This document shows positions 1 to 12,710 of a stretch of DNA of 64,000 bases, piece by piece. The translations under genes were made by a program, and so were the position numbers. This DNA comes from Eledone cirrhosa. Its lineage: Eukaryota. Below the pieces are notes generated by a model. It was not told the DNA's origin. It saw nothing but the letters and a program-made list of their open reading frames with translations, and searched no databases. The stretch is taken from positions 224,316,001 through 224,380,000 of the forward strand of contig OZ024741.1 of NCBI GenBank assembly GCA_964016885.1. Reading direction: 5' to 3'. Each line of letters begins with the position of its first letter. Position 1 is the first letter of the stretch.

Positions 1-780
1 TATGAAATAGGTTGGTGTTTTTATATTTGAACTCAGATCAATCTTTTAAAAAAACTTGAATTTCTGCATGAATGCATGAAAATATTGATTGAATTTGAGT
101 GTCTTTTATGTAATCTGAATTATTCTGATGGCATTTTAAATAATTTACCAACCGGTTGGTAAGTCGTTTTCATGGCAGATCATCATTCATTATAATATTT
201 ACCGATTTGTCAGGATTATTGTATAATTATTCTCTTCCGAAATCATTTTCCATTTAAACATTAGAAATGCTTAGATGTAATCATATCAAGCACACATTTA
301 CAATGCTTTCAATGCTGTATATATGGCTGTTATTCTTATTGTATCTAGCCTTGTTATAAGTTTTTTTTTTTCTTAAAATCACTTTTTAACTAGACAATAT
401 TTTCTTTCCCCTCTCAAAGTTATAAATTTCAAAATTTTCAACACCTAGTATTAGCACCTTTTTTTTCAAAATCTTCCCTATTTTGCTAGCTCCAATATTT
501 TGTCTGTCGTTTTTTCACTTTTATATTCTTCCTTTTTTTTTCTTTCTTTCAAGAGCTCTTAATTTTACCTTGATTAAACTTTTTCATTAATTCTTGACAA
601 TATAAAGTACATGATGGAAATCACAATCCAGTACATAGGAATATATATTTTTAATTGCAGTATTTCCTCCCTCCCTCCAGCTCTAAGAACACTAAAAGCT
701 GGCTGACTCACCCTGCTATTCTGTGTTTCAGTGAAATGGTCATATTTCTATAATCATCTGAACGAGAAATGATTTACAAT

Positions 781-811
<31 letters not shown>

Positions 812-1269
812 CAGTTAATTGAATTGTTCATTTTATCTGCAGGTGGTTTTTGTCTCAGAAAGAAGCTGCAGATAATAATTCTATTGTGGTTATACATATT
901 CTTTATAGAATATCATTACCTACCCCCTTTCCTTCTTAAATGTTTTCAGAGCTTGTCTTTTGTTGTTTTAATGATTATAGAGGAGATTAAAAGTATTGTA
1001 ATATATATCATCTTATTTATTATGATCTTGAATATTATCTTATAGACATATTCAAATTCTATGTTCTTCACACAGTTTGGAATTATGTGTTTTGAGCCTG
1101 ATCTTCTGCCATCTCCATAATTGTTTTGGCCAACATTTTTTAAACTGGAAAATAATTGTATGTTATTCTGGTCGAAACCAGTTGTTAGTGTATCTCATGA
1201 AGAGCATTTGATTCAAATGATAGCTGCCTAATCTGCAGATAACTAGAATATTTAATACTAAGTTGTGTG

Positions 1270-1310
<41 letters not shown>

Positions 1311-1518
1311 CCCTTTAGCATTTAAACCGGCCATATCCGACCAAATTTCTTTCACCTCTTTCTGTTCAAGCTAGCCATAACTGGCCCCTCATACGGATTT
1401 TAAGGTATTGTTCTCAAAATAAATAGTATCAAAATCTCATAGATTTGATATTATGTGAGATAGATCCTTTACTGCAAAAATACAATAGCAAATATAAAGT
1501 AATGTAAATGCTAAAGGG
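1311..1518 (+). mobile_element. piggyBac-like MITE family A, copy 1
   Basis: TTAA at 1307-1310 and 1519-1522; TIRs CCCTTTAGCATTTA / TAAATGCTAAAGGG. Confidence 0.88.
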
Positions 1519-1806
1519 TTAAATTGTGCACTGAGCACTTGAAGTATACTATAAATTCAAATCTGTACTGAAACAGTACAGGATATTACTAGAGCCACGA
1601 GAAATGTGTCTCTAAATACCCACACATTTTATATATGTGTAAACATGTAAGTTTATTTTATTTTGCCTTAGATTGAAAAACGATAAAGCCATTCAGCTTT
1701 TATCCTATACATAAAATGTGTGTGTGTTGCATATACATTTCTTGTAGCTTTGATTAAGTATCGAGTACTCTGTCTAACCAGTTTCAAACTTAATCCATCC
1801 TAATTT

Positions 1807-1861
<55 letters not shown>

Positions 1862-1876
1862 GTAGGTGTGTGTGTG

Positions 1877-1915
<39 letters not shown>

Positions 1916-3738
1916 GTATAATATATAAATAAAGAATTCTATAATTAAACACACCATAGGTCAGTTTTCACTTTTATAAATTAACTTTTAGGTCTGCAGT
2001 TTTGAAATATTTTTTCCCTTTAATTATTTTGATATAACCATATGACTATTTTTCTTTTAAATTTTACTACTTCAACTCCTAGTATTTGCAGATAGCTACA
2101 GTGGGTGTGAAATGGCAGTTTGATAAACTTACAATATTGTGGTTTTCATCTATTTATCCCATTATATCTCTAGTTATGCTCACCTCCATCCACACATCCA
2201 CCCACCCACTAATCCTTTCTTGTTTTACAATTTTTGTTTTCTCTCTATATTTTCAGCTGTTTGTGCGTGTATTGTGTAAATGTATGTGTGCATATGTGCA
2301 AGCTTCTAAGTTTCCTTAAATTTGTATATGTGTTCCTGTATACTAGTGTGTGTATGTGTGTGTTTGTGTTTTTGCATGTGTGTCTTTGTACCTCATTCCT
2401 CATTCTCTCTTTTCGCTCCCCATCAATATCTTTTCAATATAGTACACTATTCTCTCCTTTCCATGGTGCTTCAGGTGACCACTTCAAACATATTTAACGT
2501 TTTACAACTTGCAGCCATGGTTACGGATTAAAATCTTGCCTTGGAATTTTCTTACTGCCACTCTTCAAGTTATGATTATTGTTATTTTCGATGATTTCTT
2601 TCACCATACTTGTTATACTGGGTGAAAACAGTTTTATATATATATTTCAAAGCAATACCTCAACTTCTCTGCCATGTTTATTCCTATTATTTATTATTAC
2701 CATTATTATTACTATTATTATTATTATTATTATTAACCAGCTATGTTGTGTTATTTTTTAATTAATTTTTTTTTCTGGTAAAGAATTACTGCTTTATCAT
2801 TTCACTGAGCTTCATTGGTCAATGTGCTTTGAGCCTGTATTTAGTCCTATTAGTAATTAAATCTGGTATTGATGCCATTGTTAATTATGAATTAATTCAT
2901 GCCACTGTGAATGGATAAAAGTTTTCATTAGTTTGTATGTGTCTTTTTTTATCTCTGCTTCCTTCAAACAGTTAGTTATAGCAGGTGAACCAGTAAGCTG
3001 GATGTTAAAATGATGTTGGCCACCTATATTAAAGGGAATGATGCATTGTCTGTAGCTTTCATGTGCAGCTAGTGTTGATTATATAACTTGGGATTAGTTG
3101 ACCGGTTGGGTCTGCAGTTATTTTTATGTCGTAAACCGATTGTTGTTAGCATAGTTCTTGTGTAAGAAATTGCTTATCCTTTTAAAACTTCTTGTTGTCA
3201 GGAATGCCCACTGCGCCACCTTTCCCTCTTTGGAAGGAGACTTCTGCTTAGTTACCCCAATCTTCTATTTGTCTTTTATTCCTCCTTCAATGTACGCCCT
3301 TTCCTTATTGCGTTTCTTGTTCACATTTTTACTTTTTTTTCAAATTTTATTTTTCACTTTTCACTTCAAAAAATTTTATTGCTCTTTTTCTATTTAATTT
3401 TTTTTTTAAACCTCTGAATATACATACATATATTCTAAGACTAATTTATTCTATGAATAATTTATAAAAATCGGAGAGGGCTGATATTTTATTTGTTAAT
3501 TAAAAAAAAAAAAAAAAATTTTTTTTCTTCTTTTTTTGATAATTTTTTAACAGTGTTTCTAACCTGAATAGATACTGGCATAGGCAAAATAGTAATTGCT
3601 TTTGCAATAACACTCTTTAGAAAAGGGAAGAAAATGTGATATCATCTGTCATCTTCAAACCATCATCATTTGTTTAAGCTTATTCAGCTCTTAATCTTCC
3701 TATAGCTATGATGGGTTGCTTTTCGTCTTTTTGTACAG

Positions 3739-3865
3739 AAGCCTGGGGGTATGGTACCAAATGCTCAGCTCCCACCCAAGAAGGAAATATCATTCCCACC
3801 AGATAGCGTAGAAGCTGTTCAGCCCTTGCTGGCCAAGAGAAAGCGGCTAGCTAAACAAGACATAG
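3739..3865 (+). CDS. ARID1: ARID1/osa (BAF250) penultimate coding exon, KPGGMVPNAQLPPKKEISFPPDSVEAVQPLLAKRKRLAKQDI(G)
   Basis: Pyrimidine tract plus AG at 3737-3738 and GTAAAT donor at 3866. The translation matches the conserved ARID1 motif (I/T)FPPxSVEAxQPxLxxR+RLxxxDI. The phase-1 end joins 7943 to make GGT (Gly). Confidence 0.93.
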
Positions 3866-4105
3866 GTAAATATACTTTATTTAATGGCAATACCTGCTGC
3901 TCCTCTGCTGCTTGCTACTTGTGAGTGCTGACGGTGCTTGCACAGTTTTCATTCTGGCTATTATTACTTGTTTTGTCAATCCTTAACAATTAGTTATTAT
4001 TTAATAATTATTGGTTAATTTAACTACTCACTGATTTACCTACATATCTGCCTACCCTCCCAATATTCTTTAACACATTCTTACTAACTGTATTTATTTA
4101 AGAAA

Positions 4106-4193
<88 letters not shown>

Positions 4194-4374
4194 CACACAC
4201 ACCCTAGAGCCAAAAAAAAAAAAATAATTACACTATATTTGTGCTAATATATATATATATATATCTTGTGTTTGCCGTCCAGATTGTTAACTGTCTTTAT
4301 AAGTTCATTTTCGTTGATTCTTAATCAAATATTTACTGTCATTGTTGAAAATGTCAGATCGCTTTGCTGCAAGT

Positions 4375-4580
4375 AAGTAGGTGTTTAAAATGGTAAATTA
4401 CTTTAGTTCATGTAGGTGGGGGTTTAAAGTGACCAGTCACATTATTATGTATGGGTGGAGCTTTTAAAGTAACCAGTCACATTACTCTAGGTGGGTATTT
4501 AAGATGTCCAATTACATATTTGAAAATGAATGTTTAAAATGATCAATTATTATGATGTGAATGGATATTTAAAATGTCCT
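4375..4580. repeat. degenerate ~40-bp tandem repeat (GGT..TTTAAA(A/G)TG.CCA(G/A)T(C/T)AC)
   Basis: About five recurring TTTAAA(A/G)TG...AC units are visible. Confidence 0.5.
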
Positions 4581-6963
4581 GTCTGATAAAAATATCCAGC
4601 CTCTATGAATTTATTGTTTTTCCATACTGCATGGATTTTATGAAACTTATTGGAGACAGTATTCTAGTCAGAGGTCCTTCCTAATGCTGACCACTATTTA
4701 GTTTTTTATTAAGTTCCACTAAACTTCACATGACGAAATGCCCAGCAGTATCAATGAGGACATGCTGCCTGACAAACACTCACACAAACACAACAAGATT
4801 TTCAGTTTCCATCTAGCAATTTCTGTCATGAGGAATTGTTCAACTTGAGGCTACAGTAGAAAACTCTTGCTCAAGGTGGGATTGAATTTGGAATTATGTG
4901 GTTGTGAAGCAAACTCTTTAATCACAGCTAGGCTTGTTTAGAAATTTAGAGTTGTTGATATCAACATGAAGGCGTAATATTGGTCGCTTTTCCTTTTCAC
5001 TGACTTTTTAAAATGTCAGTCAAGGAAATTATATTGTTGGTTTCTCTCTTTACCTGCTTTCACCTAATTATGTAATTAAGTCAATTTTAACTGCCCTGTT
5101 TATTATCTAAGCTTTTTAGTGTGGTTGTGTGCATGTGTGTGGGGATATGCTGCTTAAATAAAGTTTTCAAATCATTTTGAAAATAATCAAGATTTGGAGT
5201 AATTTAGTAATATAACAAACTTTTGGCATTATGAAGTTGGTATTTGGAACATAACTTAACAATACTACTTATATAAAATTATGATGGAAGGTTTTTAGGT
5301 GAATATAAACACATTACAAGAAGAACCAGAGGCAATTTTAGGCAGTTTGTAATGATTTAGAGGATATCCAAAAATTGGTTTGTTAATTCAAATGCTTATA
5401 ATGTCTTTACTAGAAGGTTTCTAAATTTGCAATATTAGAGTAATGACTTCAATTTTAACGTGATGCAGTCATAGTGCTCTTTTATACTCAAGTGTCTTGC
5501 TGATGTGGTACAATATGTTATGGTGGGGGTGGGGCAAATAGCAAGTGCCACATAAGTATCAGGTAATTATTATAACTCTTGTTTCCATATTGAGAAAGAA
5601 AGTTATTAGCTTAAGAATCCTTAGCAATCAATATTTCAGTATTCCAAAGAATGAAAATGAAGCAAGATTATTTTTTTCACATTTGGTTAAAAAAGAAGAA
5701 ACACAAACAAAATGGAGAAAAAAATTACAAAAAAAAATTATGGAGAGAAAATGTTTGTATATTGACCAAGTGGAGGTGTGAATTGTACTGCCTGATTCTG
5801 TTTAAAGTGTTTTGGTTTAACTCTTAACATCCTGTAATGATTTAGCAGAAATTATCTAAAAACATTTGTAAATTCACATGCTTTTAGTATATTGTGGACA
5901 GATCATTGTGAAAATTTGCAGTCAAATAAAGACTTTAATGTGATACAGCAGGCTTTTTACTATTCAAGAATGTCTTACTAATGTGTTTTCCTGTGGTACA
6001 GGACGTTAAGAGTTGACTAAACTTATAACACTTCAGTATTGTATCACTAACAACTTCTGTTTTTATCTTTCCCTCATTCTAATATAACATTGCCCTTTCC
6101 CCCCACCTTTTTTCTTTTCTCTCTTAAGCAGTTTCTAATTATTAAAACAGAAAACATCTGAATATTTTGAAAATCTCTTTAAACACAATATATTACTTCA
6201 TAAAAATTGTTGTTATATTGTTGCCATTATTATTACTATTATTATTTTTATTATTATTATTGTGGAATAGTTTCACATAACTGTTAGTTTTTTAATAATG
6301 AGATTTTCTGTATGTTTAAAACATGAGTATTTTTTCCTTATTTCCTTCACATTAACAATGCAATGTTGTACATATTGAAGATTGGATCCTTATTTTCTTT
6401 CTTTGGATAATGCATGTCTTTCTAAATGAATATTCCTCCCCATTCCCCATCGTCTGTTAACTTTTTTTTAATTTAAAAAAATTTTTTTTTTTATTACATA
6501 CAATTTTAGATTGGGGCATTTTTGTTATAATAATTTACCTTAGTACAATAAAATGTGTTCGGAAAGGAGGGTGGTGGGAGCCAAAGCCATTGATTCATGC
6601 TACTTCACCTGCCTGGCTGAGAAAAATATTTTGCTTTTGTCTTTCCCCTATTTTAATTACCTGTATTTTCTTTTATTTTTTTTTTGTTTGTTTTACATTG
6701 ATTTGTTTTTTGTTTGAGATAAAGGCTGAGAAAGAAATCTGGTTTGAATGAGTTTGCAATACTGTTAGTGTTAAATTTATTGCCTTGCATTCTCTCATAG
6801 CAAGTCTACATATTGTTTATTTTGGAACTCTGTTAGGTAGATATATTTAAAAGTATTTTGCATAATTCAAAGGAAATACTCAAATGAGATTTATTTGTCT
6901 CTGTTTATTAAAATATCAACCTGTGTGTGTCTTACGAATAACAAGTATCAAAGCACTGGGTGA

Positions 6964-7189
6964 TTTTAAAATGTGGGAATCCCAAATCTGCATCCAAAGT
7001 CGATAGCTATAAATAATAGTTTAGAAAATTGGGTAAATTTACTTTAAGAGAGAGGGAAAAGTAGCCAGCAGGGTATCTGCTGGCTACTTTTTTCTGTCTC
7101 TAAGGGTAGTTTACCTAAATTTCTAATCTATTATTTATAACAATTGATTGTTAGTTATTTTCTGCATTTGGGGTTCCCACATTTTGAAA
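6964..7189. repeat. long imperfect inverted repeat (hairpin) in the last ARID1 intron
   Basis: Perfect 15-bp core AAAAGTAGCCAGCAG (7057-7071) / CTGCTGGCTACTTTT (7077-7091) around a GGTAT loop; pairing extends outward to AAAATGTGGGAATCCCAAAT / ATTTGGGGTTCCCACATTTT. Confidence 0.9.
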
Positions 7190-7942
7190 CACACACATTA
7201 TTAAATTCATGAATTTTTAGTATGGTTTTAAGTTTACTAGTTATTTCTGTGTGTGTGCATAAGTTGGATGATTATTTTACTTAATATAAGCAATATTTAA
7301 TTAATTGTACCAATTAATAAACATTTTTTTCTTTATTTTGATATTCTAAATATTATTTTGTTTATTGCCACTAAGCAGATTTTATATTGATTTTACATGA
7401 AGTCAATTATTTTATCCAGCATCTTGTTTTAAAATGTGGCTTATTTAAAATATTTTAATTTTGTTAATATATTTATTATGGTGTCCAAAGAACTATTTAC
7501 TGTTTCCTCACAGCATCTAATCAGACAACAATGTCTGTTCTAGCTCAACATAGAGCATGTAAGGTTTATCTCATCAACCTGATTTGTAAAGTAAAGATGT
7601 CCTTTGTATTTGATGAAATTTGTCAGACTGTTAGCAAAAATCTTCACTCATATTGAATACTTCTCCAGTGGATTATTTGGTCAGGAAATGAATTTTAGGA
7701 ATTCAACAATTTAACAACATTTGTATTACTTGAGCAGCATGGCAGTAGTTTAATGAATAACTATTCTAGGTCCTTGGTATTGTTAGCACAATTTTTTTCC
7801 CTTTGTAATTTGAGTATCCTGGTGGTTCACCAGTATATGAAAAGTTCCTAACAATTTAAATGTCTAATCTACATGATGTTTTATTTATCAGCAACATGTC
7901 ATCTTCATTGAACATTTACTGTATCTCCTCTTGTGATTTCAG

Positions 7943-10113
7943 GTCAAACTGAACCCTGGAAACTTATGATGGCATTAAAGTCTGGCATGCTTGCGGAAAG
8001 TACTTGGGCTTTGGATACATTGTCTATTCTTTTATTTGATGATTCAACAGTGGCTTACTTCACATTATCACACTTACCAGGGCTACTTGAGGTTTTACTG
8101 GAACACTTCCGGCGCTGTCTTATCGACATATTTGGCCTGTTTGATGAACTTGAAGTTGGTTACAATACTGCTATGCTAAAACATAAGGAAAAGAAAGGAG
8201 CAAAATCTAAAGAAACCCATATGGATGTAGATGATTTCAAAAATTTGGAGAGTGATACAGTATGGAAAGGTATGCGAACAGGAGAAAACTATACTTACAT
8301 TACAAGGCAAGGGAAAATAGTGAAAATCAATGAGAATGATCGAGATACTGCTCTATTACATGGGAAACATTGGGATGTGTATACAGACTTCACAAGCAAA
8401 GCAGAACATTGGCAGCTAGGTGGTGGTGATATGACCAAACATGTTCAAACTCACTTTGAAAGTCTATCTAATCATAAAGTGTTAAAGAAATTCTTCCTTT
8501 ACCGTGGCATGAAAAAAAATTGTGAAGATGATAGTATCAACAATAATTTGTCTGAATCAAATTGTGTTATTCGCGAACCTGCTGAACATGCATCAGAAGA
8601 GGTGCGTCTGTTATTAAAATCAACCTGCCAGAACAACAAAACCGTCAATGGGGTAGTTGAGGACAATTTACCAAATTGCATCACAAAGGTCCACATCAAA
8701 AAAGAACCTGTTGAGGAGGCTGAGAAAACCAAAGCTGCTACAAAGCCAACTTGCACCCCAGCTGACACTGAAGTCTCGACTGCTGCCGCTGCTGCTGCTG
8801 CACCTGATCGCGTCAAAGAAGAGCCTCGTTCTGAGGAGAATTGTAAAAATCTAGATTCTGAACAGAAACAGAGTGAATCCACAAAAAATGGCACTGAAAA
8901 AAATTGTGTAAATAGTGAAAACCATTGTGAAAAGGATGGTGTTGTAAAAAAAGATTTAGAGTCTCAAAAACTGGAGACAAAACTGGATAAAGATAAAGTA
9001 GTAAAATCTGAAGATAAGAAAACTAATTCCCTTAAAAATGAATCCATTTTGAGCCATATTGAAAATGGAATATCAATTGAATCCCTGTTAAGGAAAGCTG
9101 AGCTGTGTGAAGATCCTGAAGAAGAGGCCTTTGAGAGAGATAGCCCTGCAGTATGCCTTATGTCAGAAGCTCAAGATGAGATTGGGCGGCGGTGTGTATG
9201 CATTTCTAATATATTTCGCAGTTTGTCGTGTATCCAGGGAAATGACTCTGAAATGTCCAGACATCCCGGTCTGATGTATATTCTAGGAAAATTATTATTA
9301 CTCCATCATCAACACCCACCTCGGGTGAAGGTACGGAGAAAACTTGATAAAGAAGAAACAGAGTTTGAAGATGTTTCCTTGTCTGAACACGAATGGTGGT
9401 GGGATCATTTGCATGCATTACGTGAGAACACATTGGTTATTTTTGCTAACATATGTGGGCAGCTTGATCTCTCAATATACCCTGAGGACATCTGTTTGCC
9501 TATATTGAATGGGCTGCTTCACTGGGCCGTTTGCCCATCCTCTTGCGCCCAGGATCCCTTGCCAAGCATGTCACCATCCTCCGTCCTTTCGCCTCAGCGA
9601 TTAGTACTTGAAGCATTATGTAAATTGTGCATACATGAAGCTAATGTGGACTTGTTGCTTGCAACACCACCCTTTAATCGGATAGTACAGCTTGTTAATA
9701 ACTTGACTAAAATGCTTGCAAATAAAAAGGAGCAAGTAACTCAGGAGTTTGCAGTTGTGTTACTATCAGAGCTTGTGCAGGGAGACAGCAGTGCTGCCCG
9801 TGCCATAGCTATGCAGCATCCGAGTGTATCGTTGCTGATAGACTTTTTAGAGACAGCCGAACACAATGCTGTGCAGGTAGTAAGCACTCATGGTATCAAT
9901 GTGTTACGGGACAGTCCAGAAATGATGGGAACTAGTCTAGACATGTTACGACGGACTGCAAATATACTGGTACATTTAGCTCGGGTACCAGAGAACAGAC
10001 CATGTTTTGTACACCAACAGAGCAGACTTTTGACTTTAGTAATGTCTCAAATACTTGACCAGCATGTGGCACAGACTCTAGCTGATGTACTTTACGAGTG
10101 TTCACACTCATAG
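7943..10113 (+). CDS. ARID1: ARID1/osa terminal coding exon encoding the BAF250 C-terminal ARM-repeat (DUF3518-type) domain
   Basis: TTTCAG acceptor ends at 7942. Conserved motifs: PWKLMMALKSGMLAESTWALDTL, RRCVCISNIFRSLS, EWWWDHL..LRENTLV..ANI, LLHWAVCPS..AQDP, LSPQRLVLEALCKL, NVDLLLATPPF, MGTSLDMLRR. Ends TAG TAG. The ORF-track start at 7933 is intronic. Confidence 0.97.
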
Positions 10114-12710
10114 TAGGGATTACTGACGTTATTTTGATGAATCCATTACTTTCATTTCCATCGTATCTGTACATTTTGTCATATCAACTTCATGGAATCA
10201 AGCTATGAAGAGAAAAGTCTTCCTCTGTTTTATGGAGGAAAATAAAAGCACTGGCTAGAATTAAAACAGAAAAGTGGAAGGAAAGGAAGACAAAAATTGT
10301 TTTAATATGGGAGGATGTAGTTACAACTCATCTTTCTCTCTCATCATCATCATTATCATCAAAGGTGTAGTTATGTATAGCTTTTTATGTGGAGAAAAAA
10401 AACTTCCCTCTCTCTCTATCTCTATCTATCTCTCTGTTTCTTTTTCTCTCTCTATCTTTCTTACCCCCTCTCTCTCTCCCTCTCTTCTCTCTGAATCTAT
10501 CTCATCAGTTAAAAAGAAATTGAAAAAGAAAACTAACAAACAAAGCATGATACAGGTTGCAGCAGCCTTGTGCTCCATTGGAAGGGGAATGTGGGAATAT
10601 GTCAAATTAGGTGATTTTTATTTTTGTACATCTTTAGGTGTGCAACTTTCTTTGTTGTGGAGGGCTTTACAAATGAATTGCATTAAAAGAAGATTAAAAA
10701 AAACAGAAACAGAGGTTATAAATCATTTGGCTTTACCTACAGTTCAGGTAGGTTGAACTTAATTACAGGTGCTCCTGCCAAAAGCATAAACAGAAAGGTT
10801 CTGGTCAGTTACCTTTTTCAATTTATCAAAAATTTACATTTGGGAAAAAGCAAAGCCAGCAAGAAATGAATAACTAGTGCAGTGTTTTGCCAAAAAACAC
10901 TGACCACTAGAGATGTGATTCCGTTTCACCTCCTGATGTCCAGTGAAAAAAAGCACAGTATTTATATGTAAACAAGTTAAAAAGAAAAAGGTTATCAAAG
11001 GTTGGAACGTGTGTAGTTTCCTTTTTGTAGTAATTCTCATGAGTCAACTTTGATATTCCCATTGTGCAAAGGCTTTATACTCGTATGTCACAAGAAATAA
11101 ATGTACAGAAAAGGAAATTTCTAGAGTCCATCTCAGTTTTGCTGTTACTTTTTCTTAATGTTATTCAACATTATTTAAAATCTTTGACAGAAGTCTAGAA
11201 ATATACGGGTTTAAAAGTCGCAACATATTCACTATTTTATTAAAAGTCCTTTATACTGAATTTTCTCCTTATTTCTCTCTCCTTCTACTCCTCCTCCTTC
11301 CTCCCCATGCCCCCCATCCCCATTACCACATCTCAGCATGACCAATGCAGTGACAGCTGATAAAGGATCATTTGGAAAATTTTTGTAATGTTCGGTAGCA
11401 AGCCGAATGGTTTTTATTGAAATCTTACCAACCATTGCCAGCAACTTAGTTTTACTATGAATATGTTCTCCCCCTCGGTGTACCCTCATAAGTCTTACAA
11501 ATGTTTTTTTGTTTTTTTTTCCCTCTCAACTTGGGGCCTGGGGAAGACAAAGAAAGATCTCTGATGGCATTCAAAGAAATATTGGCTCATTAGGTTTATA
11601 TGTCTCTAAAAATAAAATGTTCTGACTGCTAAGTTGACCAAGAACTATTAGAAATTTATCACGTATGTCTGACAAATGTTTCCATATTATGTGATGTGTG
11701 AGTATTTATTTTTTTATTTTCTCGTCTTTTCTTCCACATTTTTTTTTCCTTTTCCTTGCCGCTCTTCATTCCGTTGTATATAATTTATCATCACCTTGCT
11801 GTTTGGATTCCATTTGTCTGAAGATCACTTACGGGCTAAAGAAGTGTGGCTCTGGCAATAGCAAACTGTGTTAACCATTGTCTCAAACTTCGTCTGTGAC
11901 GCTCAAATGATCTCTCCTCTCACGTTTTAGGCGTTTAAAAAAAAAAAAAGAAAGAAGAAAATCAAACCTGAAACACCATCTGAGAATTATGTGATATTGA
12001 ATTTTTAGTAATCAGACATAACGAATACAAGTTGTCAGTTGTATGCTACCGTCTAGAAATTATCTTTTCAACTCTCCAAAACTTTCTAGCACTACAAACA
12101 TAAACCACATACACAACACACACGCACATACAAACATTGAAAACAGAAAGCTGACTGTTGATACAATGTTAACAGGCAAAATCCATTTTCCTCAATAAAC
12201 AGTTCGTTATGAAGAAAAGAACTCTCATCTAAAAACTTAGTTGATTTTGTTTTTTATTTTATTTAATTTTTTTCTCGTTTATTGGAAACCTTTTAGTTGA
12301 TGTTCCCTCCTCACTCACTCATTAGCCATTTAACAGTTCAGTTGCAATTGGTTTGGTTTATCTCCATCATCCTTATCATATTTCTATGCTGTCTAACAGG
12401 TTCATTGCACAGAAGATCTCTGAAACTTTGTCGGTCTTCATAATCGTGTATATTTAATATCAGTACAACACCAAAAACATCTGCTGCTCTGCTTGTTGAG
12501 CTCAGCAGATAAAAGTTGCTGCCGTATTTTCTTGTACTACACTTATTTTTCTTTCCAGTGCTTTTGTTTTCCTACAAGTGAAACCAGGGACAAAGCTATA
12601 TAGTTGGTCTTGTTGGTGTCAACTGAACTATTAAGAAACAACTGTGTCTGACTGTAAGGCAGCAGTCACTATCGCCTTGTTATATAATAAACCAATCTAG
12701 GTACACCTGA
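10114..12710 (+). other. putative long ARID1 3' UTR with several AATAAA signals
   Basis: No recognisable TE in this stretch after the stop. AATAAA at about 10242, 11096, 11610, 12194 and 12686; the last is followed by a U/GU-rich tract (12715-12745). The true end is inferred. Confidence 0.5.

Noticed and set aside
782-808. C27 homopolymer as poly-Pro CDS or functional G-quadruplex
   Set aside because: A simple homopolymer whose length is prone to sequencing error; no coding or functional evidence.
680-2520. Other possible ARID1 exons after AGs at about 680, 842 and 2474
   Set aside because: In-frame stops or weak donors, and no recognisable ARID1 similarity.
7933-7942. GTG start of the 726-aa ORF
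   Set aside because: It lies in the acceptor region; the reading frame is entered by splicing from 3865.
8499-8894. Antisense 131-aa ORF
   Set aside because: Shadow of the ARID1 exon with no independent support.
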